Part shown: in pieces, positions 49,057 to 59,457 of the stretch
How the letters are laid out: each line of letters begins with the position of its first letter
How positions within the stretch are numbered: the first letter of the stretch is position 1
Virus record (IMG/VR): IMGVR_UViG_3300035520_000158
Direction: 5' to 3' (one strand)
Length of the DNA stretch: 64,000 bases
Source: an uncultured virus (IMG/VR IMGVR_UViG_3300035520_000158)
Taxonomy: Duplodnaviria; Heunggongvirae; Uroviricota; Caudoviricetes; Crassvirales
Made by a program: the position numbers and the translations under genes
Notes under the pieces: model-generated
Told to the model about the DNA's origin: nothing
Seen by the model: only the letters and a program-made list of their open reading frames with translations
The model's database searches: none

Positions 49057-49767
49057 ATGGCTTTTATTTACAAATCATTTTTAAGTAAAGTATTTGAGCC
49101 TTATGCCACTTTATATGTAGGATTTAATAATTTAGGCCCTTATAAGTATCGTGAATTTTCTAGAGCTAGTTTTAAAATATCCACGGACTATAATGCTAAT
49201 AATTTAGTTCCTGTATTTGCTTATCAGGTAGTAAAAAATATAATAGAAAAGAAAGCTGGACCAGATATAGCTTTCTTTCCTGTTGTAGAAAATACTATAG
49301 GATGTATAGAAGCTAAGAGTACAAGCACTATATTAAATCTTATGGCTGCAAATACTGATGCAAGGTTTTCAAAAGTAAAGCTTAAAGACCATTACTATTA
49401 TGTTAATAGAGGAGTTTTATTAAATGAAAACTTTAATATAATGTTGATATTTGGTTATGGAATGGGTGGTAAAACAAGAGTAGATAATAATTTTAAGTTA
49501 TATACTTATATAAACTCAGACATCTTTGATAGCACAGACCCTATGACCAAATATATAGCTTCTACTTTTATTAAGAAAATAGCTACAGAAACTTTTAAAG
49601 TAAGAAATTTGGATAATCGTATTCATGATACTTGTATTATTATTAAGAAGCTTAAAGATATGATTTGGTTTCCTAAAGACACTGCACATTGTCCTTATGA
49701 CCAAGCTGCTGTAGATAAGTTACTTAAAGATAATGCAAAAGTGGTATTTCAGAATTCTTATGATTAA
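49057..49767 (+). CDS. Hypothetical protein coupled to E1
   Basis: Starts 1 nt after the E1 stop; 236 aa. Confidence 0.65.
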   Translation: MAFIYKSFLSKVFEPYATLYVGFNNLGPYKYREFSRASFKISTDYNANNLVPVFAYQVVKNIIEKKAGPDIAFFPVVENTIGCIEAKSTSTILNLMAANTDARFSKVKLKDHYYYVNRGVLLNENFNIMLIFGYGMGGKTRVDNNFKLYTYINSDIFDSTDPMTKYIASTFIKKIATETFKVRNLDNRIHDTCIIIKKLKDMIWFPKDTAHCPYDQAAVDKLLKDNAKVVFQNSYD

Positions 49768-49868
49768 GTTAAATATCTTTAAATATTAAATAGAAATGAT
49801 GCTATGGTCTTTTTATTTAGTATATTTGCAACAACTAATTAAGTCTAACAATCTAATACATTATTTGT

Positions 49869-50579
49869 ATGGAAAAGAAAATTAAAATTATTACAAAGTT
49901 CTTTACCAAAGATGGTATAGAAATTAAACCCAACACTTTTTGTCACATTGAAAATAAGGATTTTACGCTTATTGGTAAAGTTTCCTTTGAACAACTTAAA
50001 GCTTATGCAGATATGGGCTTTATAGTAATGAAAGTTTACAAGCATGATGTAAAAACAGGAAGTGATACTGATATTGACAAAAATGTTAAGGATAATCAGG
50101 TTCCCAGTGAAGAAGGAAAGAATGTAGAAACTAAAAATAATCCTAATGATCTCTCTAAAGATCAAATTGAATTATCTAAGATTATTCGCAAGGCATTTAT
50201 TAGTAAAGAAGACCATGTAGCTTATAGTCTTATTATAGATTCTATTGCAATTAAGCATCATATTAAAGGTGAAAAGGTACATCATATTCTTGAAAGACTT
50301 TATGATATTAGTCCTATAGCAGTATTTAATGTCCTGTTTAATGAAGCTGCATTTATGCTGGATATTAATTATCCTGACCACATTAAAGATGCTAAGGTAC
50401 TTTATTCATTCTCTCCTGCAAGAAAGTTTATTTATCCTGTACACGTAGACAATAAGCTTTATTATAAGAATGTTGCTCTATTTAGAAGTATAGCAGATGT
50501 TAAGCTAGCTTTATATGCTCTTAGAGATATTGTAAAGGAGGTCTTTGGATTCAAGCCTACACTAAGTGATGGAGAATAA
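49869..50579 (+). CDS. Hypothetical protein
   Basis: 236-aa ORF. Confidence 0.6.
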   Translation: MEKKIKIITKFFTKDGIEIKPNTFCHIENKDFTLIGKVSFEQLKAYADMGFIVMKVYKHDVKTGSDTDIDKNVKDNQVPSEEGKNVETKNNPNDLSKDQIELSKIIRKAFISKEDHVAYSLIIDSIAIKHHIKGEKVHHILERLYDISPIAVFNVLFNEAAFMLDINYPDHIKDAKVLYSFSPARKFIYPVHVDNKLYYKNVALFRSIADVKLALYALRDIVKEVFGFKPTLSDGE

Positions 50580-51024
50580 AAAGATTCTTGGTGCAAGAAT
50601 AACTATCTATAAGGATATAAAGTTTAAAAGCTCCTTAGAGTGTTCTTGTTATAAGAAGCTTGAAGAATCAGGATTAGTATTTTCCCATGAGAGTGATAGA
50701 TTCACTCTCTGGGAAGGTACTAAATTAAATAAGTTAAAACTATATGCTCCTGATAAAAGAGGTGCCGGTAAATATGGAAGAGACCTCAATTTGCAAACAA
50801 GAGCATTAATAGGGATGACTTATACTCCTGACTTTAAAGTAGTTAAAGGTAACAACATTATTTATATAGATTCTAAAGGAAAAGAGAATGATACTTATGG
50901 TATTAAAAGAAAAATGTTCTTAAAGCTTTTAGATAATAAGAATGATGGAAATAACTATTTTTTCTTTGAGCCTCATAATGTAAGACAAATGTTACAAACT
51001 ATTAATATTATTAAAACATTATAA
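50566..51024 (+). CDS. PD-(D/E)XK endonuclease (resolvase-like)
   Basis: FKSSLE...YTPDF...IDSKG. Confidence 0.7.
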   Translation: MMENKKILGARITIYKDIKFKSSLECSCYKKLEESGLVFSHESDRFTLWEGTKLNKLKLYAPDKRGAGKYGRDLNLQTRALIGMTYTPDFKVVKGNNIIYIDSKGKENDTYGIKRKMFLKLLDNKNDGNNYFFFEPHNVRQMLQTINIIKTL

Positions 51025-51029
51025 GCATT

Positions 51030-51332
51030 ATGAATAAAAGACTACAAAAAATCAAAGATTTAATTAAAGAGATGCCAAAATGTGACATTAAACTTTGTGA
51101 GGAGTTCTTAGAAAAAAGAAAGTTTGAAGAACTAAGGAGTCTTGTTGTATCAGATATATCTAAAGTAAGTAAAGAATCAAGAGAGCATAAACCTAAAGAG
51201 AATAGACACTATGATAACATTAATCTTGATGCTCTAATAGAGCTGGAGAATAATATAAAGATGTATCTGGATATGCTAGAGCCTTATGAGCCTGAAGATA
51301 ATTATTTAGACCAAGAAACTTATAACTTATAA
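51030..51332 (+). CDS. Hypothetical protein
   Basis: 100-aa ORF. Confidence 0.55.
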   Translation: MNKRLQKIKDLIKEMPKCDIKLCEEFLEKRKFEELRSLVVSDISKVSKESREHKPKENRHYDNINLDALIELENNIKMYLDMLEPYEPEDNYLDQETYNL

Positions 51333-51350
51333 TTTTAACCAATTCTAAAA

Positions 51351-52394
51351 ATGAAAAAGCTAAGTGAGTATAGTTGGAATATTAGTGAAGAGGATTATAG
51401 AAAAGATCCTGCTTTAAGTTATTCCACTTTAGCAAAATTTGAAAGAGAGGGTTTTAATGGTTTACCTCATTTATTTGATAAACTGGAAACACCTTCTCTT
51501 ACATTTGGTTCTGCTGTTGATACTCTAATTACTGATTCAGAAGCTGCCTTCAATGAAAGATTTATTGTATGTGATTTGCCTCCTGTTCCTGACACTATTA
51601 TTAAAATCGTTAAAGATATTTTTAATGTTTATGGAGGTAGTATTTCATCCCTTGATGATGTTAAAGATGAAGTAATATACAATGTACTTAATAAGTATCA
51701 ATATCAATTAAATTGGAGACCTGAAACAAGAGTCAAAGTAGTTAGGGAAAAAGGTAGTAGATATTATGAACTTTTAAGTATTTCTGATGGTAAAACTATT
51801 TTAGATTCAGATACTTATACTAAAGTAGTTGCAGCTGTTAGAACACTTAGAGAAAGTAATGCTACTAAGAAATACTTTGCAGATAATAATCCATTTGATG
51901 ATAGTATTGAAAGATTTTATCAATTAAAATGGAAAGCTAGTTTAAGAGATGATATTGAATATAGGTGTATGATGGATTTAGCCATTGTTAATCATAAGAA
52001 TAAAACCATTAGACCTATTGATTTAAAGACTTCTGGACATAATGAATGGGATTTCCAACATAGTTTTATTCAGTGGAATTATCAAATACAGGCTAGATTG
52101 TATTATAGATTACTTGAAGCTTGTCTAGATGATACTGAATATGAAGGTTATGATATTCTTAACTATAAGTTTATAGTAATAAATGGGAATAATCTTAGAC
52201 CTCTTGTATGGGAATTTCCTGATACTATGGCAGAAGGTACTCTTAAATATGGTAAAAATAGAGATATTATCTGTAGAGATCCTTTTGATATAGGATATGA
52301 ACTTAATACTTATTTAAAAGGTAAATATACAGTACCTTATAATATTAAGGAAACAGAGCCTAATGATTTAAGAAAATTCTTAAACGAGTTATAA
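51351..52394 (+). CDS. PD-(D/E)XK exonuclease (RecE/exo VIII-like)
   Basis: LSYSTL, FGSAVD, MD...IDLKT, YQIQARLY. Confidence 0.8.
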   Translation: MKKLSEYSWNISEEDYRKDPALSYSTLAKFEREGFNGLPHLFDKLETPSLTFGSAVDTLITDSEAAFNERFIVCDLPPVPDTIIKIVKDIFNVYGGSISSLDDVKDEVIYNVLNKYQYQLNWRPETRVKVVREKGSRYYELLSISDGKTILDSDTYTKVVAAVRTLRESNATKKYFADNNPFDDSIERFYQLKWKASLRDDIEYRCMMDLAIVNHKNKTIRPIDLKTSGHNEWDFQHSFIQWNYQIQARLYYRLLEACLDDTEYEGYDILNYKFIVINGNNLRPLVWEFPDTMAEGTLKYGKNRDIICRDPFDIGYELNTYLKGKYTVPYNIKETEPNDLRKFLNEL

Positions 52395-52395
52395 T

Positions 52396-53302
52396 ATGAA
52401 TGTAATTAAACGTGATGGCACACTAGAGGAGTATGATAGTAGAAAAGTTATAAGAGCTTTGAGAGAAGCTTTTAGAGCTTGTAATATAGAATATCCTCTT
52501 ACTAATATTATTAAGCTAGCTGAAAGTATTAGAAAATCTGAAAAAGAATCAATGACAGTAGAAGAAATTCAAGATGCTGTAGTTAAATTCTTGATAGATA
52601 ATAAATGCTATGAAGTAACAAAGGCTTACATAATATATAAAGAACAGCATAAAGAAGACAGAGAAGATTTAGAAAGAATCCAATATATGCAAAAATATAG
52701 AGATTCTAATACTAATGCAGCTCAATCTTCAGAAACAGATGCTAATGCTAATGTAGCAATTAAAAATGTAGTAAATCTTGCAGGAGAAGTTTATAAAGTT
52801 AAAAATAGGCGTCTACAAAGATTGCAAATGAAGATGAAATTAAAGGAGTTGTATCCTGATAGTAATCTTCATAAACAATATATAAAAGATTTAGAGCATC
52901 ATATTATTTATACACATGATGAATCTTCAACTCCTGTACCAGAAAATTATTGTGAAGCTGTTTCTATGTATCCTTTAGTTGATAAAGGAGTAGGAGAAAT
53001 GGATGGTGTAACTCCTAAACCTCCTAAGTGGTTAAATTCCTTCTGTGGTCAATTTAATAATTTGGTATTCCTACTTTCTGCTCAATGTAAAGGTGCAGTA
53101 GCATTTGGAGAGTTCTTCAATTATTTTGAACATTATTGTGTTATAGAATTTGGAGAAAACTTTGTTGAAAAAGCTGATTTATTAGCATCCTCAGAATATG
53201 TTTTACATAAACAAACTATTGGTGATAAAATTGATGAAGCATTTCAAAGTATTGTATATTATGTAAATCAGCCTGCTGGAAATAGGAGCTATCAAAGTCC
53301 GT
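52396..53302 (+). CDS. nrdD: Anaerobic ribonucleotide reductase, exon 1 (ATP cone)
   Basis: VIKRDG ATP cone, IYTHD, NYC, RSYQSP. Confidence 0.9.
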
Positions 53303-53549
53303 TAATTAAATAAGTAGGCGGACTATAAACCCATTGAATTGCTGGAACCCTAAGTCGAAAGATATGGCAATCAGCAGCTAAGTCTTCTATAAGAAGAAAA
53401 GTTCATCGACTATCCTAAATGGAGTACACTCAAGTGGGTGGAAGCGGTGGGTATCTTTATAAGATAATGATATAGTCAAAACTATATGGAAACATATAGA
53501 AGTTCATAAGAGAACTGTACAGAATTAACGACTCTGTATGAATATAATG
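53303..53549 (+). mobile_element. ORF-less group I intron (247 nt) in nrdD
   Basis: P1 AGTCCGT/GCGGACT with U.G. P AATTGCTGGAA, Q AATCAGCAGC, R GTTCATCGACTA, S ATGATATAGTC. Terminal G. Splicing gives YQSP-F-TNISYYD in frame. Confidence 0.93.
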
Positions 53550-54853
53550 TTACAAATATTTCGTATTACGATTCTTATTATTGGGAAGCATTATTTAAGG
53601 ATTTCTATTTTCCTGATGGTACTCAACCTAAATGGGAAAGAGTATCATGGTTACAAAAGAGATTCATGAAATGGTTTAATAAAGAAAGAAGATCTGCAAT
53701 GCTTACTTTCTTTGTTGAAACAATGGCATTACTTACTGATAAAGAAGGTCATGCACTAGATGCTGAATATAGAGATTTTACAGCAGAAATGGAAGCTGAA
53801 GGGCATTCATTCTTTGTATATCTTTCTAGTAATCCTAATGGACTTGCTTCTTGTTGTAGACTTAGATCTACTATTGAAGAAAATGTATTTAGCTTTACTA
53901 ATGGTCTTACAGGAGTAATGACAGGTTCTTGCAATGTAATTACACTTAATCTTAATAGAATTATTCAAGATTGGTATAAAAATGTTTTATGTGGAGTATA
54001 TTATGATGGTGTAGAAAAGTACCTTTCTGATGGCAGAGCAGATATACTAGAATCTGAATATGAACAATTAATTTTAGCATTTAAAGAATACTTATGTGAT
54101 ATTCTTGAAAGAGTATATTGCTATCAGGTTGCTTATAAGTCTATTCTTTATGAATGGGAAAAAGCTGGAATGTTTACTAGTAGTAATGCCGGTTATATTC
54201 ACATGAATAAATTATATAGCACTATAGGTATAAATGGTATTAACGAAGCTGCAAGATTCTTAGGACTTGAAGTTAATTATAATGAAAAGTATAAGAATTT
54301 CTGTAGATTAGTTACTAGCACTATTAAGGAGCAAAATAGATTACATTCTACTAAGCAATTTAAATTTAATTGTGAATTTGTACCTGCTGAAGGATTATCA
54401 AGCAAGAATTATAACTGGGACAAAAATGAAAATTACTGGGTACCCGGTGATACTAAGATTTATAACAGTTATTTCTACAATGCTTGGGATAAAGGCACTT
54501 CAGTAATTGAGAAGCTTAAACTTCATGGTAGAGAATTTACAGAAACATTAGATGGTGGTGTAGGATGCCATATTAATCTTGAAGAGCATCTTAGTAAAGA
54601 ACAATATCTTAAAATACTGGATCTTGCAGGTGAATTAGGAACATCTTATTACACATTTAATATTCCTAATAGTGAATGTACTAATAAAGATTGTCATTAC
54701 ATTGTAAAATATCCTATGAATAATTGTCCTAAGTGTGGTAGTCACATGAAAATATGGACAAGAGTAGTAGGTTTCCTAAGACCTATTGAAGGTTATGATG
54801 AAGGTAGAGCTTGGGATGCTGCTAATAGATATTATGCAACAGATATTAACTAA
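53550..54853 (+). CDS. nrdD: Anaerobic ribonucleotide reductase, exon 2 (spliced 736 aa)
   Basis: SCCRL, PAEG, CPKCGS, glycyl-radical motif TRVVGFL. Confidence 0.9.
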
Positions 54854-54867
54854 TTAAATTTAATAAA

Positions 54868-55131
54868 ATGAATACAGTATTACAAAAGTCAGCAGAGTTA
54901 ATGATCTCTGAGAATTATAAGGATAGATTTATAGCAGAATTTATGCAAATTGATAACCGATTAAAAGGTTTAAAAGCTATGCTAGAGAAGTGGAATAAAG
55001 GTGAACTTAATTTTACTCCTACTTGTCCTATTGAAACTTATAGTTTTCAATTGAGAGCTATGCAGAATTATAGAGATATTCTTATAATTAGAGCTAAAAT
55101 GGAGGATATTGAATTACCTTTCTATGATTAA
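54868..55131 (+). CDS. Conserved phage hypothetical protein
   Basis: YKDRFIAEF...QLRAMQNYRDILIIRA. Confidence 0.65.
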   Translation: MNTVLQKSAELMISENYKDRFIAEFMQIDNRLKGLKAMLEKWNKGELNFTPTCPIETYSFQLRAMQNYRDILIIRAKMEDIELPFYD

Positions 55132-55133
55132 AT

Positions 55134-55607
55134 ATGCTCAAATATGTAGATGCTAAAGTAGTATTTCAAGAAATACCTGATGAAATAACATTAGCTATCT
55201 CTATTAGTAATTGTCAAATTAAATGTAAAGGATGTCATAGTGCTTATTTAGCTAAAGATAAAGGTACAAAATTAACGTTTAAAGAATTAAATAGATTATT
55301 AATAGAGAATAAAGGTATTACTTGTGTATGCTTTATGGGTGAAGGCAAGGATAGACATAGTTTACTAAGACTATTAATGTTTGTAAACATGATGTTTCCT
55401 TCATTGAAAACAGCATATTATACAGGCTATGAAACTTGCCCTACAAATATCTTATGCTTTTTAGATTATGTCAAAGTAGGCCCTTATATTGAAGAAAAAG
55501 GTCCTATTACTAAAGAAACTACTAACCAAAGACTTTACAAAGTAGAGAAGGGTGAAATAGTTCAAGATATAACTAAAAGATTTTGGAAAACAAATTTAAA
55601 GGAATAA
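55134..55607 (+). CDS. nrdG: Anaerobic RNR activase (radical SAM)
   Basis: CxxxCxxC (CQIKCKGC), TNQRLY. Confidence 0.9.
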   Translation: MLKYVDAKVVFQEIPDEITLAISISNCQIKCKGCHSAYLAKDKGTKLTFKELNRLLIENKGITCVCFMGEGKDRHSLLRLLMFVNMMFPSLKTAYYTGYETCPTNILCFLDYVKVGPYIEEKGPITKETTNQRLYKVEKGEIVQDITKRFWKTNLKE

Positions 55608-55609
55608 TT

Positions 55610-56143
55610 ATGAAGACTACAATTAAAGTAAAAGTATTGACTCCAGGCTGTATGCCTACAATTACAGAAAAAGGAGATTGGATTGATTTAAGAGCATCAA
55701 AGACTATGCTTATTGATGCTCCTCAATATCAGCCTGAGAAAACTGAAAACTATGATAATGCAGGTAGTATTACTACTAGAAATGTTACTATGAACACTGT
55801 TTATATACCTCTTGGAGTAGCTATTAAACTTCCTGATGGTTATGAGGCTATTGTAGCATCAAGAAGTGGTACACCTAGAAAACTAAATATGTTTATTCCT
55901 AATGGTATTGGAATCATTGATAACTGTTATAATGGTAACAGTGATGAATGGCAATACATTGGATCTGCTATGAAGAAAACTCATATTGAAAAAGGTGATA
56001 GAATTTGTCAATTTAGAATCCAGCTTAGTCAAAAAGCCACTCTATGGCAAAAGATTAAGTGGCTATTTAGTTCAGGTGTAAAACTTGTAGAAGTAGATAA
56101 TCTTAATGAAAGTAACAGAGGAATGAATGTTACAGGTATTTAA
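55610..56143 (+). CDS. dut: dUTPase
   Basis: WIDLR, SRSG, GIIDNCYNG, GDRICQ. Likely start at 55610. Confidence 0.85.
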   Translation: MKTTIKVKVLTPGCMPTITEKGDWIDLRASKTMLIDAPQYQPEKTENYDNAGSITTRNVTMNTVYIPLGVAIKLPDGYEAIVASRSGTPRKLNMFIPNGIGIIDNCYNGNSDEWQYIGSAMKKTHIEKGDRICQFRIQLSQKATLWQKIKWLFSSGVKLVEVDNLNESNRGMNVTGI

Positions 56144-56154
56144 TTTGTAAAATT

Positions 56155-56652
56155 ATGAATGGTATTATTATTTTAACTTTAGTCTTTGCTGCTTGTGTAT
56201 GTGCACTTGCCGGGCTAATTATTGAGAGAAAAAACAGAGAAGATAGAATTACAATATCCTTCAAAGAAGCAATGAATCTCGTAGAATTACCAATCATAAC
56301 TTTTACAAATAATAATGTTAAACTTAATTTTATTCTGGATACCGGTAGTAATATTTCTCATATTAACTCTACAGTGTTAGATAAACTTGATTATAAAGTA
56401 GGTAAAACTAAGTATAATACAACAGGTTTTACAGGAGATTCTCAAAAGTCTACTACTTGTGTAATGAATCTTTATCATAATGGTATAGAGTTTAAAAATA
56501 CATTTGCTGTATCAAATCTTGATGCTGCATTTGGAGCTGTTAAACAACAATCAGGTGTAACAGTTCATGGTATATTGGGAAGTATATTCTTCGCTAAATA
56601 TAAATATATTCTTGATTTCGATAAACTAAAAGCATATCCTAAGAATTTTTAA
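56155..56652 (+). CDS. Membrane-anchored retropepsin-like aspartyl protease
   Basis: N-terminal TM helix, FILDTGS, HGILG. Confidence 0.8.
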   Translation: MNGIIILTLVFAACVCALAGLIIERKNREDRITISFKEAMNLVELPIITFTNNNVKLNFILDTGSNISHINSTVLDKLDYKVGKTKYNTTGFTGDSQKSTTCVMNLYHNGIEFKNTFAVSNLDAAFGAVKQQSGVTVHGILGSIFFAKYKYILDFDKLKAYPKNF

Positions 56653-56699
56653 TTGAATTTTTAATAGAATTTATAATTAATTTTTAATCTTGAATCATT

Positions 56700-57035
56700 A
56701 TGGAAGATATTATAAAACTTAGTTCCAGACATGGGGCTACATCTTACCTTAGAAGACTAAAGCCAATAGATAATGAAGATAAAGAAAACAGCAGTGAAAA
56801 CGAAAATAAACTAAATTCAGATACAAAACCTAAAGAAGTTAAAGAATCTAAGACTTATGCACTAAAGTCAGATGCTTCTTATATAAGAGTAGGTAATACT
56901 GATGAAGGAAAAGTATTTATTGATCCTTATGGTGGACCTATGATTATAGTTGGAGAAGCTCTAAAAGGTACTGAGTTTATAGTAAAATCCATAGATTTTA
57001 TTCAAGATTATGGATATGTAATTACATTTGAGTAA
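56700..57035 (+). CDS. Hypothetical protein
   Basis: 111 aa, FIDPYGGPMI. Confidence 0.6.
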   Translation: MEDIIKLSSRHGATSYLRRLKPIDNEDKENSSENENKLNSDTKPKEVKESKTYALKSDASYIRVGNTDEGKVFIDPYGGPMIIVGEALKGTEFIVKSIDFIQDYGYVITFE

Positions 57036-59095
57036 TGATATATTTAGTAACATTACAACAAGAATTATTTGATCCTACATACAAAATAATAGGGGTAGAT
57101 GAAAGTCTATCCCTATTATCAAAATGCTCCAGATTACAATATGATTCAGAATCTGATGGAAAGGATACAAGATTAAATCATATTCTCTGTATTCAATTTG
57201 GAAATGATGAACAAGATTTCCAAATGGTAATTGATTGTACAACTATTAATATACAACTCTACAAGAGCATCCTTGAAAATGTGCCACTTATAGGTCAAAA
57301 TATTAAATTTGATTTAGGTCTATTATTTTCAGTAGGAATTATACCAAGAAGAGTTTATGATACAATGATTGTAGAACAATTATTGTATTTAGGCTATCCA
57401 CCTAAAGGTAAATATGGAGGTATAGGATATAGTTTACAAGATATTGCTGATAGAAGATTAGGAATTTATATTGATAAAACTACAAGAGGAGAAATTATTT
57501 GGAGAGGCTTAGACCCTAAAGTAGTAATGTATGCTGCTAATGATGTTAAGTACCTTGAAAAAATAATGGATTCTCAATTAGAAGATTGCCGAAATAAACA
57601 TTGTCTAGTAGGAGCAAGAATAGAATGTGGTGTAGTACCTGCAATGGCATACCTTGAATGGTGTGGAATTAAATTAAATGTACCTAGATGGCAAGCTAAA
57701 ATGAAGCGAGATCAAGAAGATTTAGCTAAAAGAAAGCAAGCTATTGATACCTTTGTTATTAAGACTCCTATACTACATCAATTTACTAAAGTTGATTTAC
57801 AAGGAGATTTATTTTCAGGATATAATTCTGAACCTCAATGTACTGTTAATTGGGATTCTTCTAAACAGGTAATTAAAATTGCTAAGTTATTAGGATTTGA
57901 TACTAATGTAGAAGATAAAGATACAGGAGAAGATAAAGATACTGTGCTTGAGAAATATCTTAGTAAACAAAAAGGTATTAATGATGAATTTTTGAAACTT
58001 TATTTTGAGTATAAAGAATCATCAAAAGTAGTTAGTACCTATGGTCAAGGTCACATTGATTTAATTAACCCTATTACAGGTAGAATACATACTACATTTA
58101 AGCAATTAGGAGCAAAATCAGGTAGAATGTCATCAGGAGGTGGTGAAAATACAGATTTAGCTAAATATAAAGGTATTTCTAAAATAAAATATGTAAATTT
58201 GCAGCAGTTACCACATGATGAAGAAACAAGAGCTTGCTTTATATCAGAACCTAATAATAACTTTGTATCATGTGATTATTCAGCAGAAGAAAGTAGATTA
58301 GGTGCTGATGTTTATAATGATACTGAAATGAGAAAAGAGTTCACAGAAAGATCTGGAGATACTCATGCAATGTTTGCATGGGCAGTATTTAGAAAAGAAT
58401 GTGAATCTTGTGGATGCACTTCAGTATCAGAAGTAAAAAAGAAAGCTCCTCAATGGAGAAATAAAGTGAAATCAGTAGAATTTGCTTATTTATTTGGGGC
58501 AGCAGCTCCAACTATAGCATCTTCTGCTGGATGTTCTAAAGAACAAGCTCAAAAATATATTGATGACCTGGATAAATTCTTTGCAGGAAGAACTTCTTTT
58601 ACTAAAAAAGGTAGTAAATTTGTAAGAGAACATGGATATGTAGTAATATCTCCTATTACAGGTCATAAATTATATTGGTGGGATTGGGAAAAATGGAAAG
58701 AAAGACAAGCATCATTTAATAGTGAATTTTGGGATGACTACAAATTAAACCATAAAGGAAAGAAAAATGATCCAATAGCAGAAATGGTAAGAAAGCATTT
58801 TCAAGCTGCAAGTAAATATGATAGATATGCTCTTAATGCCCCTACACAGGGTCAGGGAGCTATTATTATGAAAACTGCAATGACAAAACTATTTAATTGG
58901 ATTATAGATAACGGATACTTTGATAAAGTAAAACTATGTGTTGTAGTACATGATGAAATTAACTGTGAATATCCTAAAGAATTAGAAGATTTTCCTAATA
59001 TATTATCTACTATTATGAAGGATTCAGCAGCTATATTTTGTAAGTCATTAGAGATTCCAGCTTGTCCTGAAGTAAGTGATCATTGGGTACATTAA
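57035..59095 (+). CDS. polA: Family A DNA polymerase with 3'-5' exonuclease
   Basis: YDSE, NIKFD, YAAND, SGRMSS, NLQQLP, DYSAEESR, NAPTQG, VHDE. Confidence 0.92.
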   Translation: MIYLVTLQQELFDPTYKIIGVDESLSLLSKCSRLQYDSESDGKDTRLNHILCIQFGNDEQDFQMVIDCTTINIQLYKSILENVPLIGQNIKFDLGLLFSVGIIPRRVYDTMIVEQLLYLGYPPKGKYGGIGYSLQDIADRRLGIYIDKTTRGEIIWRGLDPKVVMYAANDVKYLEKIMDSQLEDCRNKHCLVGARIECGVVPAMAYLEWCGIKLNVPRWQAKMKRDQEDLAKRKQAIDTFVIKTPILHQFTKVDLQGDLFSGYNSEPQCTVNWDSSKQVIKIAKLLGFDTNVEDKDTGEDKDTVLEKYLSKQKGINDEFLKLYFEYKESSKVVSTYGQGHIDLINPITGRIHTTFKQLGAKSGRMSSGGGENTDLAKYKGISKIKYVNLQQLPHDEETRACFISEPNNNFVSCDYSAEESRLGADVYNDTEMRKEFTERSGDTHAMFAWAVFRKECESCGCTSVSEVKKKAPQWRNKVKSVEFAYLFGAAAPTIASSAGCSKEQAQKYIDDLDKFFAGRTSFTKKGSKFVREHGYVVISPITGHKLYWWDWEKWKERQASFNSEFWDDYKLNHKGKKNDPIAEMVRKHFQAASKYDRYALNAPTQGQGAIIMKTAMTKLFNWIIDNGYFDKVKLCVVVHDEINCEYPKELEDFPNILSTIMKDSAAIFCKSLEIPACPEVSDHWVH

Positions 59096-59122
59096 ACATT
59101 AAGAATCAAATTTAAATATTAA

Positions 59123-59296
59123 ATGAAAAAGATAGACAAATATAAAAATAATCATGCTATAAGGTCTATTAGATACATAGCATATAAAATAAATGGTTAT
59201 AATAAGGCAATTATATTAGCTATTATTTTACTTTGGGTGCTTATGATTATTCAAATTGCAGCAGAAATGCTGTATATTACTAACAATTTAAATTAA
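59123..59296 (+). CDS. Small membrane protein (57 aa, not in track)
   Basis: Basic N-terminus and TM segment AIILAIILLWVLMII. Confidence 0.5.
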   Translation: MKKIDKYKNNHAIRSIRYIAYKINGYNKAIILAIILLWVLMIIQIAAEMLYITNNLN

Positions 59297-59301
59297 ATAT
59301 T

Positions 59302-59457
59302 ATGCCAGCTAAAGTTATCAGATGTAACTGTGAATCACAGTTTCAAGATGTTGCCTATGGTAAAGGTAACAGATTAGCAAATGAGTATGCTAAAGGTTAT
59401 CGTTGTACAGTGTGTGGAAGAGAAGTTAAATCTGAAGATGCTAAATCAAATGGATAA
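59302..59457 (+). CDS. Small Zn-binding protein (51 aa, not in track)
   Basis: MPAKVIRCNCES...YRCTVCG. Confidence 0.6.
   Translation: MPAKVIRCNCESQFQDVAYGKGNRLANEYAKGYRCTVCGREVKSEDAKSNG

Noticed and set aside
52396..54853. nrdD as a pseudogene or two-subunit gene
   Set aside because: Removing the 247-nt group I intron restores one 736-aa frame.
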